From the NCBI GenBank assembly GCA_964016885.1, contig OZ024740.1, forward strand, positions 7,750,001 through 7,814,000: DNA of 64,000 nt, read 5' to 3'. This document shows positions 15,400-31,099 of the stretch, piece by piece. This DNA comes from Eledone cirrhosa. Lineage: Eukaryota. Under the pieces are notes generated by a model that did no database searches, was not told the DNA's origin, and was given only the letters and a program-made list of their open reading frames with translations. The stretch's first letter is position 1; each line of letters begins with the position of its first letter. A program made the position numbers and the translations under genes.

Positions 15400-18300
15400 T
15401 GGTATATCAGGTTCGATTGGTATATCAGTTTTGATTGGTACATCAGTTTCGATTGGTATATCAGTTTCCATTAGTATGTCAGTTTCTATTGGTATATCAG
15501 TTTCGATTGGTATATCAGTTTCAATTTGTATGTCAGTTTCTATTGGTATATCAGTTCCTGTTGGGATGTCAGTTTCGATTGGTATATCAGTTTCGATTGG
15601 TAATATCAGATCCTATTGCTATATCAGTTTCTATTGGTATATCAGTTTCGATTGGTATATCAGTTTCGATTGGTATACCAGTTTCGATTGGTATATCTGT
15701 TTCGATTAGTATGTCCGTTTCTATTGGTATATCAGTTTCGATTGTTATACATGTTTCGATTGGCATGTCAATTTCTATTGGTAGATCAGTTTTGATTGGT
15801 ATGTTAGTTACTATTGGTATGTCAGTTTCGATAGGTATGTTAGTCCTCGATTTGTATGTCAGTTTCTATTGGTATATCTGTTTCGATGGGTATGTCAGTT
15901 TCGATTGGTATGTCAGTTTCTATTGGTATATCAGCTTCGATTGGTATATCCGTTTAGATTAGTATGTCAGTTTCTATTGGTATGTCAGTTTCGGTCAGTA
16001 TAACAGTTTCTATTGGTATGTCAGTTTCTATTGGTATATCAGTTTCGATTGGCAAAGCAATTCCGATTGGTATATCAGTTTCGATTGGTATGTCAGTTTC
16101 CATTGGTATATCAGTTTCGATTGGTATGTCAGTTTCGATTGGTATATCAGTTTCGATTGGTATGTCAGTTTCTATTGGTATATTAGATTCTATTGGTATG
16201 TCACTTTCGATCGTTATGTCAGTTTCAATTGGTATATCAGTTTCTATTGGTATGACAGTTTCGATTGGTATATCAGTTTCGATTGGTATGTCAGTTTCGA
16301 TTGTTATGTCAGTTTCGATTGGTATGTCAGTTTCGTTTAGTATGTAAGTTTCCATTGGTATGTTAATTTCGATTGGTATATCAGTTTTGATTAGTATGTC
16401 AGTTTCTATTGGTATATCAGTTTCGATTGGTATATCAGTTTCGACTGGTATATCAGTTTCGATTGGTATATCAGTTTCGTTTGCTATATCAGTTTCGACT
16501 GGTATGTCAGTTTCGATTGGTATATCAGGTTCGATTGGTATATCAGTTTTGATTGGTATATCAGTTTCAATTGGTATATCAGTTTCCATTAGTATGTCAG
16601 TTTCTATTGGTTTATCAGTTCCTGTTGGGATGTCAGTTTCGATTGGTATATCACTTTCGATTGGTATATCAGATCCTATTGCTATATCAGTTTCCATTGG
16701 TATGTCTGTTTCGATTGGTATGTAAGTGTCGATTGGTATGTCAGTTTCGATTGGTATATCAGTTTCTATTGATATATCAGTTTAGATTGGTATGTCAGTT
16801 TCGATTCGTATGTCAGTTTCGATTGGTATATTAGTTTCGATTGGTATGTCAGTTTATATTGGTATATTAGTTTCTATTGGTATGTCAGTTTCGATAGGTA
16901 TGTCAATTTCTGTTGGTATATCAGTTTCGATTGGTATGTTAGTTTCGATCGTATGTCAGTTTCGATTGGTATATCAGTTTCTATTGGTATGACAGTTTCG
17001 ATTGGTATATCAGTTTCGATTGGTATGTCAGTTTCGACTGTTATGTCAGTTTCGATTGGTATGTCAGTTTCGTTTAGTATGTAAGTTTCCATTGGTATGT
17101 TAATTTCGATTGGTATATCTGTTTTGATTAGTATGTCAGTTTCTATTGTTATATCAGTTTCGATTGGTATATCAGTTTCGACTGGTATATCAGTTTCGAT
17201 TGGTATATCAGTTTCGATTGGTATATCAGTTTCGACTGGTATGTCAGTTTCGATTGGTATATCAGGTTCGATTGGTATATCAATTGTGATTGGTATATCA
17301 GTTTCGATTGGTATATCAGTTTCCATCAGTATGTCAGTTTCTATTGGTATATCAGTTTCGATTGGTATATCAGTTTCAAATTGTATGTCAGTTTCTATTG
17401 GTATATCAGTTCCTGTTGGGATGTCAGTTTCGATTGGTATATCAGTTTCGATTGGATTATCAGATCCTATTGTTATATCAGTTTCTATTGGTATGTCAGT
17501 TTCGATTATTATATCAGTGAATATTGGTATGTCAGTTTCGATTGGTATGTCAATTTCGATTGGTATATCAGTTTTTATTGGTATGTCAGTTTCTATTGAT
17601 AAATCAGCTTTGATTGGTATATCAGTTTAGATTAGTATGTCAGTTTCTATTGGTATGTCAGTTTTGGTCAGTATATCAGTTTCTATTGGTATGTCAGTTT
17701 CGATTGCTATGTCAGTTTGAATTGGTACATCAGTTTCGATTGGTATGTCAGTTTCGATTAGTATATCAGTTTCTATTGGTATGTCAGTTTGGATTGGTAT
17801 GTCAGTCTGGATTGGTATATCAGTTTCGATTGTTATATCAGTTTCTATTGGTATGTAAGTTTCTATTGGTATATCAGTTTCTATTGGTATGTCAGTTCCG
17901 ATTGGTATGTCAGTTTCGATTGTTATGTCAATTTCGATTGGTATAACTGTTTCGATTAGTATGTCCGTTTCTATTGGTATATCAGTTTCGATTGTTATAT
18001 ATGTTTCGATTGGTATGTCAATTTCTATTGGTAGATCAGTTTTGATTGGTATGTTAGTTACTATTGGTATATCAGTTTCGATTAGTATATCAGTTTCTAT
18101 TGGTATGTCAGTTTCGATTCGTATGTTAGTCCTCGATTTGTATGTCAGTTTCTATTGGTATATCTGTTTCGATGGGTATGTCACTTTCGATTGGTATATC
18201 AGTTTCTATTGGTATATCAGCTTCGATTGGTATATCCGTTTAGATTAGTATGTCAGTTTCTATTGGTATGTCAGTTTCGGTCAGTATAACAGTTTCTATT

Positions 18301-21300
18301 GGTATGTCAGTTTCGATTGGTATGTCAGTTTCTATTGGTATATCAGTTTCGATTGGCAAAGCAATTCCGATTGGTATGTCAGTTTCGATTGGTATGTCAG
18401 TTTCCATTTGTATATCAGTTTCGATTGGTATGTCAGTTTCGATTGGTATATCAGTTTCGATTGGTATGTCAGTTTCTATTGGTATATTAGTTTCTATTGG
18501 TATGTCAGTTTCGATAGGAATGTCAGTTTCTATTGGTATATCAGTTTCGATTGGTATGTTAGTTTCGATCGTTATGTCAGTTTCGATTGGTATACCAGTT
18601 TCTATTGGTATGACAGTTTCGATTGGTATATCAGTTTCGATTGGTATGTCAGTTTCGATTGTTATGTCAGTTTCGATTGGTATGTCAGTTTCGTTTAGTA
18701 TGTAAGTTTTCATTGGTATGTTAATTTCGTTTGGTATATCAGTTTTGATTAGTATGTCAGTTTCTATTGGTATATCAGTTTCGATTGGTATATCAGTTTC
18801 AACTGGTATATCAGTTTCGATTGGTATATCAGTTTCGATTGGTATATCAGTTTCGACTGGTATGTCAGTTTCGATTGGTATATCAGGTTCGATTGGTATA
18901 TCAGTTTTGATTGGTATATCAGTTTCGATTGGTATATCAGTTTCCATTAGTATGTCAGTTTCTATTGGTATATCAGTTTCGATTGGTATATCAGTTTCAA
19001 TTTGTATGTCAGTTTCTATTGGTATATCAGTTCCTGTTGGGATGTCAGTTTCGATTGGTATATCAGTTTCGATTGGTAATATCAGATCCTATTGCTATAT
19101 CAGTTTCTATTGGTATATCAGTTTCGATTGGTATATCAGTTTCGATTGGTATACCAGTTTCGATTGGTATATCTGTTTCGATTAGTATGTCCGTTTCTAT
19201 TGGTATATCAGTTTCGATTGTTATACATGTTTCGATTGGCATGTCAATTTCTATTGGTAGATCAGTTTTGATTGGTATGTTAGTTACTATTGGTATGTCA
19301 GTTTCGATAGGTATGTTAGTCCTCGATTTGTATGTCAGTTTCTATTGGTATATCTGTTTCGATGGGTATGTCAGTTTCGATTGGTATGTCAGTTTCTATT
19401 GGTATATCAGCTTCGATTGGTATATCCGTTTAGATTAGTATGTCAGTTTCTATTGGTATGTCAGTTTCGGTCAGTATAACAGTTTCTATTGGTATGTCAG
19501 TTTCTATTGGTATATCAGTTTCGATTGGCAAAGCAATTCCGATTGGTATATCAGTTTCGATTGGTATGTCAGTTTCCATTGGTATATCAGTTTCGATTGG
19601 TATGTCAGTTTCGATTGGTATATCAGTTTCGATTGGTATGTCAGTTTCTATTGGTATATTAGATTCTATTGGTATGTCACTTTCGATCGTTATGTCAGTT
19701 TCAATTGGTATATCAGTTTCTATTGGTATGACAGTTTCGATTGGTATATCAGTTTCGATTGGTATGTCAGTTTCGATTGTTATGTCAGTTTCGATTGGTA
19801 TGTCAGTTTCGTTTAGTATGTAAGTTTCCATTGGTATGTTAATTTCGATTGGTATATCAGTTTTGATTAGTATGTCAGTTTCTATTGGTATATCAGTTTC
19901 GATTGGTATATCAGTTTCGACTGGTATATCAGTTTCGATTGGTATATCAGTTTCGTTTGCTATATCAGTTTCGACTGGTATGTCAGTTTCGATTGGTATA
20001 TCAGGTTCGATTGGTATATCAGTTTTGATTGGTATATCAGTTTCGATTGGTATATCAGTTTCCATTAGTATGTCAGTTTCTATTGGTTTATCAGTTCCTG
20101 TTGGGATGTCAGTTTCGATTGGTATATCACTTTCGATTGGTATATCAGATCCTATTGCTATATCAGTTTCCATTGGTATGTCTGTTTCGATTGGTATGTA
20201 AGTGTCGATTGGTATGTCAGTTTCGATTGGTATATCAGTTTCTATTGATATATCAGTTTAGATTGGTATGTCAGTTTCGATTCGTATGTCAGTTTCGATT
20301 GGTATATCAGTTTCGATTGGTATGTCAGTTTATATTGGTATATTAGTTTCTATTGGTATGTCAGTTTCGATAGGTATGTCAATTTCTGTTGGTATATCAG
20401 TTTCGATTGGTATGTTAGTTTCGATCGTATGTCAGTTTCGATTGGTATATCAGTTTCTATTGGTATGACAGTTTCGATTGGTATATCAGTTTCGATTGGT
20501 ATGTCAGTTTCGACTGTTATGTCAGTTTCGATTGGTATGTCAGTTTCGTTTAGTATGTAAGTTTCCATTGGTATGTTAATTTCGATTGGTATATCTGTTT
20601 TGATTAGTATGTCAGTTTCTATTGTTATATCAGTTTCGATTGGTATATCAGTTTCGACTGGTATATCAGTTTCGATTGGTATATCAGTTTCGATTGGTAT
20701 ATCAGTTTCGACTGGTATGTCAGTTTCGATTGGTATATCAGGTTCGATTGGTATATCAATTGTGATTGGTATATCAGTTTCGATTGGTATATCAGTTTCC
20801 ATCAGTATGTCAGTTTCTATTGGTATATCAGTTTCGATTGGTATATCAGTTTCAAATTGTATGTCAGTTTCTATTGGTATATCAGTTCCTGTTGGGATGT
20901 CAGTTTCGATTGGTATATCAGTTTCGATTGGATTATCAGATCCTATTGTTATATCAGTTTCTATTGGTATGTCAGTTTCGATTATTATATCAGTGAATAT
21001 TGGTATGTCAGTTTCGATTGGTATGTCAATTTCGATTGGTATATCAGTTTTTATTGGTATGTCAGTTTCTATTGATAAATCAGCTTTGATTGGTATATCA
21101 GTTTAGATTAGTATGTCAGTTTCTATTGGTATGTCAGTTTTGGTCAGTATATCAGTTTCTATTGGTATGTCAGTTTCGATTGCTATGTCAGTTTGAATTG
21201 GTACATCAGTTTCGATTGGTATGTCAGTTTCGATTAGTATATCAGTTTCTATTGGTATGTCAGTTTGGATTGGTATGTCAGTCTGGATTGGTATATCAGT

Positions 21301-22550
21301 TTCGATTGTTATATCAGTTTCTATTGGTATGTAAGTTTCTATTGGTATATCAGTTTCTATTGGTATGTCAGTTCCGATTGGTATGTCAGTTTCGATTGTT
21401 ATGTCAATTTCGATTGGTATAACTGTTTCGATTAGTATGTCCGTTTCTATTGGTATATCAGTTTCGATTGTTATATATGTTTCGATTGGTATGTCAATTT
21501 CTATTGGTAGATCAGTTTTGATTGGTATGTTAGTTACTATTGGTATATCAGTTTCGATTAGTATATCAGTTTCTATTGGTATGTCAGTTTCGATTCGTAT
21601 GTTAGTCCTCGATTTGTATGTCAGTTTCTATTGGTATATCTGTTTCGATGGGTATGTCACTTTCGATTGGTATATCAGTTTCTATTGGTATATCAGCTTC
21701 GATTGGTATATCCGTTTAGATTAGTATGTCAGTTTCTATTGGTATGTCAGTTTCGGTCAGTATAACAGTTTCTATTGGTATGTCAGTTTCGATTGGTATG
21801 TCAGTTTCTATTGGTATATCAGTTTCGATTGGCAAAGCAATTCCGATTGGTATGTCAGTTTCGATTGGTATGTCAGTTTCCATTTGTATATCAGTTTCGA
21901 TTGGTATGTCAGTTTCGATTGGTATATCAGTTTCGATTGGTATGTCAGTTTCTATTGGTATATTAGTTTCTATTGGTATGTCAGTTTCGATAGGAATGTC
22001 AGTTTCTATTGGTATATCAGTTTCGATTGGTATGTTAGTTTCGATCGTTATGTCAGTTTCGATTGGTATATCAGTTTCTATTGGTATGACAGTTTCGATT
22101 GGTATATCAGTTTCGATTGGTATGTCAGTTTCGATTGTTATGTCAGTTTCGATTGGTATGTCAGTTTCGTTTAGTATGTAAGTTTTCATTGGTATGTTAA
22201 TTTCGTTTGGTATATCAGTTTTGATTAGTATGTCAGTTTCTATTGGTATATCAGTTTCGATTGGTATATCAGTTTCAACTGGTATATCAGTTTCGATTGG
22301 TATATCAGTTTCGATTGGTATATCAGTTTCGACTGGTATGTCAGTTTCGATTGGTATATCAGGTTCGATTGGTATATCAGTTTTGATTGGTATATCAGTT
22401 TCGATTGGTATATCAGTTTCCATTAGTATGTCAGTTTCTATTGGTATATCAGTTTCGATTGGTATATCAGTTTCAATTTGTATGTCAGTTTCTATTGGTA
22501 TATCAGTTCCTGTTGGGATGTCAGTTTTGATTGGTATATCAGTTTCGATT
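15400..22550 (+). repeat. Near-perfect 3,476-bp tandem duplication (~193 monomers)
   Basis: Constant offset 3476 (15435/18911, 15964/19440, 17097/20573, 18250/21726, 18718/22194). Only a few substitutions noticed, e.g. 16569/20045, 16832/20308 and 18595/22071. Confidence 0.92.
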
Positions 22551-23399
22551 GGTATATCAGATCCTATTGCTATATCAGTTTCTATTGGTATGTCTGTTTC
22601 GATTGGTATGTAAGTGTCGATTGGTATGTCAGTTTCGATTGGTATGTCAGTTTCGATTGGTATATCAGTTTCTATTGATATATCAGTTTAGATTGGTATG
22701 TCAGTTTCGATTCGTATGTCAGTTTCGATTGGTATATCAGTTTCGATTGGTATGTCAGTTTCTATTGGTATATTAGTTTCTATTGGTATGTCAGTTTCGA
22801 TAGGTATCTCAGTTTCTATTGGTATATCAGTTTCGATTGGTATGTTAGTTTCGATCGTTATGTCAGTTTCGATTGGTATATCAGTTTCTATTGGTATGAC
22901 AGTTTCGATTGGTATATCAGTTTCGATTGGTATGTCAGTTTCGATTGTTATGTCAGTTTCGATTGGTATGTCAGTTTCGTTTAGTATGTAAGTTTCCATT
23001 GGTATGTTAATTTCGATTGGTATATCAGTTTTGATTAGTATGTCAGTTTCTATTGGTATATCAGTTTCGATTGGTATATCAGTTTCGACTGGTATATCAG
23101 TTTCGATTGGTATATCAGTTTCGATTGGTATATCCGTTTAGATTAGTATGTCAGTTTCTATTGGTATGTCAGTTTCGGTCAGTATAACAGTTTCTATTGG
23201 TATGTCAGTTTCTATTGGTATATCAGTTTCGATTGGCAAAGCAATTCCGATTGGTATATCAGTTTCGATTGGTATGTCAGTTTCCATTGGTATATCAGTT
23301 TCGATTGGTATATCAGTTTCGATTGGTATGTCAGTTTCTATTGGTATATTAGTTTCTATTGGTATGTCAGTTTCGATAGGTATGTCAGTTTCTATTGGT

Positions 23400-26300
23400 A
23401 TATCAGTTTCGATTGTTATGTTAGTTTCGATCCTTATGTCAGTTTCAATTGGTATATCAGTTTCTATTGGTATGACAGTTTCGATTGGTATATCAGTTTC
23501 GATTGGTATGTCAGTTTCGATTGTTATGTCAGTTTCGATTGGTATGTCAGTTTCGTTTAGTATGTAAGTTTCCATTGGTATGTTAATTTCGATTGGTATA
23601 TCAGTTTTGATTAGTATGTCAGTTTCTATTGGTATATCAGTTTCGATTGGTATATCAGTTTCGACTGGTATATCAGTTTCGAGTGGTATATCAGTTTCGA
23701 TTGCTATATCAGTTTCGACTGGTATGTCAGTTTCGATTGGTATATCAGTTTCGATTGGTATATCAGTTTCCATTAGTATGTCAGTTTCTATTGGTATATC
23801 AGTTCCTGTTGGGATGTCAGTTTCGATTGGTATATCACTTTCGATTGGTATATCAGATCCTATTGCTATATCAGTTTCTATTGGTATGTCTGTTTCGATT
23901 GGTATGTAAGTGTCGATTGGTATGTCAGTTTCGATTGGTATATCAGTTTCTATTGATATATCAGTTTAGATTGGTATGTCAGTTACGATTCGTATGTCAG
24001 TTTCGATTGGTATATCAGTTTCGATTGGTATGTCAGTTTCTATTGGTATATTAGTTTCTATTGGTATGTCAGTTTCGATAGGTATGTCAGTTTCTGTTGG
24101 TATATCAGTTTCGATTGGTATGTTAGTTTCGATCGTTATGTCAGTTTCGATTGGTATATCAGTTTCTATTGGTATGACAGTTTCGATTGGTATATCAGTT
24201 TCGATTGGTATGTCAGTTTCGACTGTTATGTCAGATTCGATTGGTATGGCAGTTTCGTTTAGTATGTAAATTTCCATTGGTATGTTAATTTCGATTGGTA
24301 TATCAGTTTTGATTAGTATGTCAGTTTCTATTGGTATATCAGTTTCGATTGGTATATCAGTTTCGACTGGTATATCAGTTTCGATTGGTATATCAATTTC
24401 GATTGGTATATCAGTTTCGACTGGTATGTCAGTTTCGATTGGTATATCAGGTTCGATTGGTATATCAATTGTGATTGGTATATCAGTTTCGATTGGTATA
24501 TCAGTTTCCATCAGAATGTCAGTTTCTATTGGTATATCAGTTTCGATTGGTATATCAGTTTCAATTTGTATGTCAGTTTCTATTGGTATATCAGTTCCTG
24601 TTGGGATGTCAGTTTCGATTGGTATATCAGTTTCGATTGGTATATCAGATCCTATTGCTATATCAGTTTCTATTGGTATGTCAGTTTCGATTATTATATC
24701 AGTGAATATTGGTATGTCAGTTTCGATTGGTATGTCAATTTCGATTGGTATATCAGTTTCTATTGGTATGTCAGTTTCTATTGGTAAATCAGCTTTGATT
24801 GGTATATCAGTTTAGATTAGTATGTCAGTTTCTATTGGTATGTCAGTTTTGGTCAGTATATCAGTTTCTATTGGTATGTCAGTTTCGATTGCTATGTCAG
24901 TTTCAATTGGTATATCAGTTTCGATTGGTATATCAGTTTAGATTAGTATGTCAGTTTCGATTGGTATGTCAGTTTCGATTAGTATGTCAGTTTCTATTGG
25001 TATATCAGTTTCGATTGATATATCAGTTTCGATTAGTATGTCAGTTTCTAATGGTATGTCAGTTTCGATTAGTATATCAGTTTCTATTGGTATGTCAGTT
25101 TGGATTGGTATGTCAGTCTGGATTGGTATATCAGTTTCGATTGTTATATCAGTTTCGATTGGTATGTAAGTTTCTATTGGTATATCAGTTTCTATTGGTA
25201 TGTCAGTTCCGATTGGTATGTCAGTTTCGATTGTTATGTCAATTTCGATTGGTATAACTGTTTCGATTAGTATGTCCGTTTCTATTGGTATATCAGTTTC
25301 GATTGTTATATATGTTTCGATTGGTATGTCAATTTCTATTGGTAGATCAGTTTTGATTGGTATGTTAGTTACTATTGGTATATCAGTTTCGATTAGTATA
25401 TCAGTTTCTATTGGTATGTCAGTTTCGAGAGGTATGTTAGTCCTCGATTTGTATGTCAGTTTCTATTGGTATATCTGTTTCGATGGGTATGTCAGTTTCG
25501 ATTGGTATGTCAGTTTCTATTGGTATATCAGCTTCGATTGGTATATCCGTTTAGATTAGTATGTCAGTTTCTATTGGTATGTCAGTTTCGGTCAGTATAA
25601 CAGTTTCTATTGGTATGTCAGTTTCGATTGGTATGTCAGTTTCTATTGGTATATCAGTTTCGATTGGCAAAGCAATTCCGATTGGTATATCAGTTTCGAT
25701 TGGTATGTCAGTTTCCATTGGTATATTAGTTTCTATTGGTATGTCAGTTTCGATAGGAATGTCAGTTTCTATTGGTATATCAGTTTTGATTGGTATGTTA
25801 GTTTCGATCGTTATGTCAGTTTCGATTGGTATATCAGTTTCTATTGGTATGACAGTTTCGATTGGTATATCAGTTTCGATTGGTTTGTCAGTTTCGATTG
25901 TTATGTCAGTTTCGATTGGTATGTCAGTTTCGTTTAGTATGTAAGTTTCCATTGGTATGTTAATTTCGATTGGTATATCAGTTTTGATTAGTATGTCAGT
26001 TTCTATTGGTATATCAGTTTCGATTGGTATATCAGTTTCGATTGTTATGTTAGTTTCGATCCTTATGTCAGTTTCAATTGGTATATCAGTTTCTATTGGT
26101 ATGACAGTTTCGATTGGTATATCAGTTTCGATTGGTATGTCAGTTTCGATTGTTATGTCAGTTTCGATTGGTATGTCAGTTTCGTTTAGTATGTAAGTTT
26201 CCATTGGTATGTTAATTTCGATTGGTATATCAGTTTTGATTAGTATGTCAGTTTCTATTGGTATATCAGTTTCGATTGGTATATCAGTTTCGACTGGTAT

Positions 26301-28330
26301 ATCAGTTTCGAGTGGTATATCAGTTTCGATTGCTATATCAGTTTCGACTGGTATGTCAGTTTCGATTGGTATATCAGTTTCGATTGGTATATCAGTTTCC
26401 ATTAGTATGTCAGTTTCTATTGGTATATCAGTTCCTGTTGGGATGTCAGTTTCGATTGGTATATCACTTTCGATTGGTATATCAGATCCTATTGCTATAT
26501 CAGTTTCTATTGGTATGTCTGTTTCGATTGGTACGTAAGTGTCGATTGGTATGTCAGTTTCGATTGGTATATCAGTTTCTATTGATATATCAGTTTAGAT
26601 TGGTATGTCAGTTACGATTCGTATGTCAGTTTCGATTGGTATATCAGTTTCGATTGGTATGTCAGTTTCTATTGGTATATTAGTTTCTATTGGTATGTCA
26701 GTTTCGATAGGTATGTCAGTTTCTGTTGGTATATCAGTTTCGATTGGTATGTTAGTTTCGATCGTTATGTCAGTTTCGATTGGTATATCAGTTTCTATTG
26801 GTATGACAGTTTCGATTGGTATATCAGTTTCGATTGGTATGTCAGTTTCGACTGTTATGTCAGATTCGATTGGTATGGCAGTTTCGTTTAGTATGTAAGT
26901 TTCCATTGGTATGTTAATTTCGATTGGTATATCAGTTTTGATTAGTATGTCAGTTTCTATTGGTATATCAGTTTCGATTGGTATATCAGTTTCGACTGGT
27001 ATATCAGTTTCGATTGGTATATCAGTTTCGATTGGTATATCAGTTTCGACTGGTATGTCAGTTTCGATTGGTATATCAGGTTCGATTGGTATATCAATTG
27101 TGATTGGTATATCAGTTTCGATTGGTATATCAGTTTCCATCAGAATGTCAGTTTCTATTGGTATATCAGTTTCGATTGGTATATCAGTTTCAATTTGTAT
27201 GTCAGTTTCTATTGGTATATCAGTTCCTGTTGGGATGTCAGTTTCGATTGGTATATCAGTTTCGATTGGTATATCAGATCCTATTGCTATATCAGTTTCT
27301 ATTGGTATGTCAGTTTCGATTATTATATCAGTGAATATTGGTATGTCAGTTTCGATTGGTATGTCAATTTCGATTGGTATATCAGTTTCTATTGGTATGT
27401 CAGTTTCTATTGGTAAATCAGCTTTGATTGGTATATCAGTTTAGATTAGTATGTCAGTTTCTATTGGTATGTCAGTTTTGGTCAGTATATCAGTTTCTAT
27501 TGGTATGTCAGTTTCGATTGCTATTTCAGTTTCAATTGGTATATCAGTTTCGATTGGTATATCAGTTTAGATTAGTATGTCAGTTTCGATTGGTATGTCA
27601 GTTTCGATTAGTATGTCAGTTTCTATTGGTATATCAGTTTCGATTGATATATCAGTTTCGATTAGTATGTCAGTTTCTAATGGTATGTCAGTTTCGATTA
27701 GTATATCAGTTTCTATTGGTATGTCAGTTTGGATTGGTATGTCAGTCTGGATTGGTATATCAGTTTCGATTGTTATATCAGTTTCGATTGGTATGTAAGT
27801 TTCTATTGGTATATCAGTTTCTATTGGTATGTCAGTTCCGATTGGTATGTCAGTTTCGATTGTTATGTCAATTTCGATTGGTATAACTGTTTCGATTAGT
27901 ATGTCCGTTTCTATTGGTATATCAGTTTCGATTGCTATATATGTTTCGATTGGTATGTCAATTTCTATTGGTAGATCAGTTTTGATTGGTATGTTAGTTA
28001 CTATTGGTATATCAGTTTCGATTAGTATATCAGTTTCTATTGGTATGTCAGTTTCGAGAGGTATGTTAGTCCTCGATTTGTATGTCAGTTTCTATTGGTA
28101 TATCTGTTTCGATGGGTATGTCAGTTTCGATTGGTATGTCAGTTTCTATTGGTATATCAGCTTCGATTGGTATATCCGTTTAGATTAGTATGTCAGTTTC
28201 TATTGGTATGTCAGTTTCGGTCAGTATAACAGTTTCTATTGGTATGTCAGTTTCGATTGGTATGTCAGTTTCTATTGGTATATCAGTTTCGATTGGCAAA
28301 GCAATTCCGATTGGTATATCAGTTTCGATT
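23400..28330 (+). repeat. 2,629-bp tandem duplication (~146 monomers)
   Basis: Offset 2629 (23580/26209, 23976/26605, 24282/26911, 25200/27829, 25561/28190). Copies share the rare variants tcgagtgg, tcgagagg and catcagaatg. Confidence 0.88.
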
Positions 28331-31099
28331 GGTATGTCAGTTTCCATTGGTATATCAGTTTCGATTGGTATGTCAGTTTCGATTGGTATATCAGTTTCGA
28401 TTGGTATGTCAGTTTCTATTGGTATATTAGTTTCTATTGGTATGTCAGTTTCGATAGGAATGTCAGTTTCTATTGGTATATCAGTTTTGATTGGTATGTT
28501 AGTTTCGATCGTTATGTCAGTTTCGATTGGTATATCAGTTTCTATTGGTATGACAGTTTCGATTGGTATATCAGTTTCGATTGGTATGTCAGTTTCGATT
28601 GTTATGTCAGTTTCGATTGGTATGTCAGTTTCGTTTAGTATGTAAGTTTCCATTGGTATGTTAATTTCGATTGGTATATCAGTTTTGATTAGTATGTCAG
28701 TTTCTATTGGTATATCAGTTTCGATTGGTATATCAGTTTCAACTGGTATATCAGTTTCGATTGGTATATCAGTTTCGATTGGTATATCAGTTTCGACTGG
28801 TATGTCAGTTTCGATTGGTATATCAGGTTCGATTGGTATATCAGTTTTGATTGGTATATCAGTTTCGATTGGTATATCAGTTTCCATTAGTATGTCAGTT
28901 TCTATTGGTATATCAGTTTCGATTGGTATATCAGTTTCAATTTGTATGTCAGTTTCTATTGGTATATCAGTTCCTGTTGGGATGTGTGTTTCGATTGGTA
29001 TATCAGTTTCGATTGGTATATCAGATCCTATTGCTATATCAGTTTCTATTGGTATGTCTGTTTCGATTGGTATGTAAGTGTCGATTGGTATGTTAGTTTC
29101 GATTGGTATGTCAGTTTCGATTGGTATATCAGTTTCTATTGATATATCAGTTTAGATTGGTATGTCAGTTTCGATTCGTATGTCAGTTTCGATTGGTTTA
29201 TCAGTTTCGATTGGTATGTCAGTTTAGATTAGTATGTCAGTTTCTATTGGTATGTCAGTTTTGGTCAGTATATCAGTTTCTATTGGTATGTCAGTTTCGA
29301 TTGCTATGTCAGTTTCAATTGGTATATCAGTTTCGATTGGTATATCAGTTTAGATTAGTATGTCAGTTTCGATTGGTATGTCAGTTTCGATTAGTATGTC
29401 AGTTTCTATTGGTATATCAGTTTCGATTGATATATCAGTTTCGATTAGTATGTCAGTTTCTAATGGTATGTCAGTTTCGATTAGTATATCAGTTTCTATT
29501 GGTATGTCAGTTTAGATTGGTATGTCAGTCTGGATTGGTATATCAGTTTCGATTGTTATATCAGTTTCGATTGGTATGTAAGTTTCTATTGGTATATCAG
29601 TTTCTATTGGTATGTCAGTTCCGATTGGTATGTCAGTTTCGATTGTTATGTCAATTTCGATTGGTATAACTGTTTCGATTAGTATGTCCGTTTCTATTGG
29701 TATATCAGTTTCGATTGTTATATATGTTTCGATTGGTATGTCAATTTCTATTGGTAGATCAGTTTTGATTGGTATGTTAGTTACTATTGGTATATCAGTT
29801 TCGATTAGTATATCAGTTTCTATTGGTATGTCAGTTTCGATAGGTATGTTAGTCCTCGATTTGTATGTCAGTTTCTATTGGTATATCTGTTTCGATGGGT
29901 ATGTCACTTTCGATTGGTATATCAGTTTCTATTGGTATATCAGCTTCGATTGGTATATCCGTTTAGATTAGTATGTCAGTTTCTATTGGTATGTCAGTTT
30001 CGGTCAGTATAACAGTTTCTATTGGTATGTCAGTTTCGATTGGTATGTCAGTTTCTATTGGTATATCAGTTTCGATTGGCAAAGCAATTCCGATTGGTAT
30101 ATCAGTTTCGATTGGTATGTCAGTTTCCATTGGTATATCAGTTTCGATTGGTATGTCAGTTTCGATTGGTATATCAGTTTCGATTGGTATGTCAGTTTCT
30201 ATTGGTATATTAGTTTCTATTGGTATGTCAGTTTCGATAGGAATGTCAGTTTCTATTGGTATATCAGTTTCGATTGGTATGTTAGTTTCGATCGTTATGT
30301 CAGTTTCGATTGGTATATCAGTTTCTATTGGTATGACAGTTTCGATTGGTATATCAGTTTCGATTGGTATGTTAATTTCGATTGGTATATCAGTTTTGAT
30401 TAGTATGTCAGTTTCTATTGGTATATCAGTTTCGATTGGTATATCAGTTTCAACTGGTATATCAGTTTCGATTGGTATATCAGTTTCGATTGGTATATCA
30501 GTTTCGACTGGTATGTCAGTTTCGATTGGTATATCAGGTTCGATTGGTATATCAGTTTTGATTGGTATATCAGTTTCGATTGGTATATCAGTTTCCATTA
30601 GTATGTCAGTTTCTATTGGTATATCAGTTTCGATTGGTATATCAGTTTCAATTTGTATGTCAGTTTCTATTGGTATATCAGTTCCTGTTGGGATGTCAGT
30701 TTTGATTGGTATATCAGTTTCGATTGGTATATCAGATCCTATTGCTATATCAGTTTCTATTGGTATGTCTGTTTCGATTGGTATGTAAGTGTCGATTGGT
30801 ATGTCAGTTTCGATTGGTATATCAGTTTCTATTGATATATCAGTTTCGATTGGTATGTCAGTTTCGATTCGTATGTCAGTTTCGATTGGTATATCAGTTT
30901 CGATTGGTATGTCAGTTTCTATTGGTATATTAGTTTCTATTGGTATGTCAGTTTCGATAGGTATGTCAATTTCTGTTGGTATATCAGTTTCGATTGGTAT
31001 GTTAGTTTCGATCGTTATGTCAGTTTCGATTGGTATATCAGTTTCTATTGGTATGACAGTTTCGATTGGTATATCAGTTTCGATTGGTATGTCAGTTTC

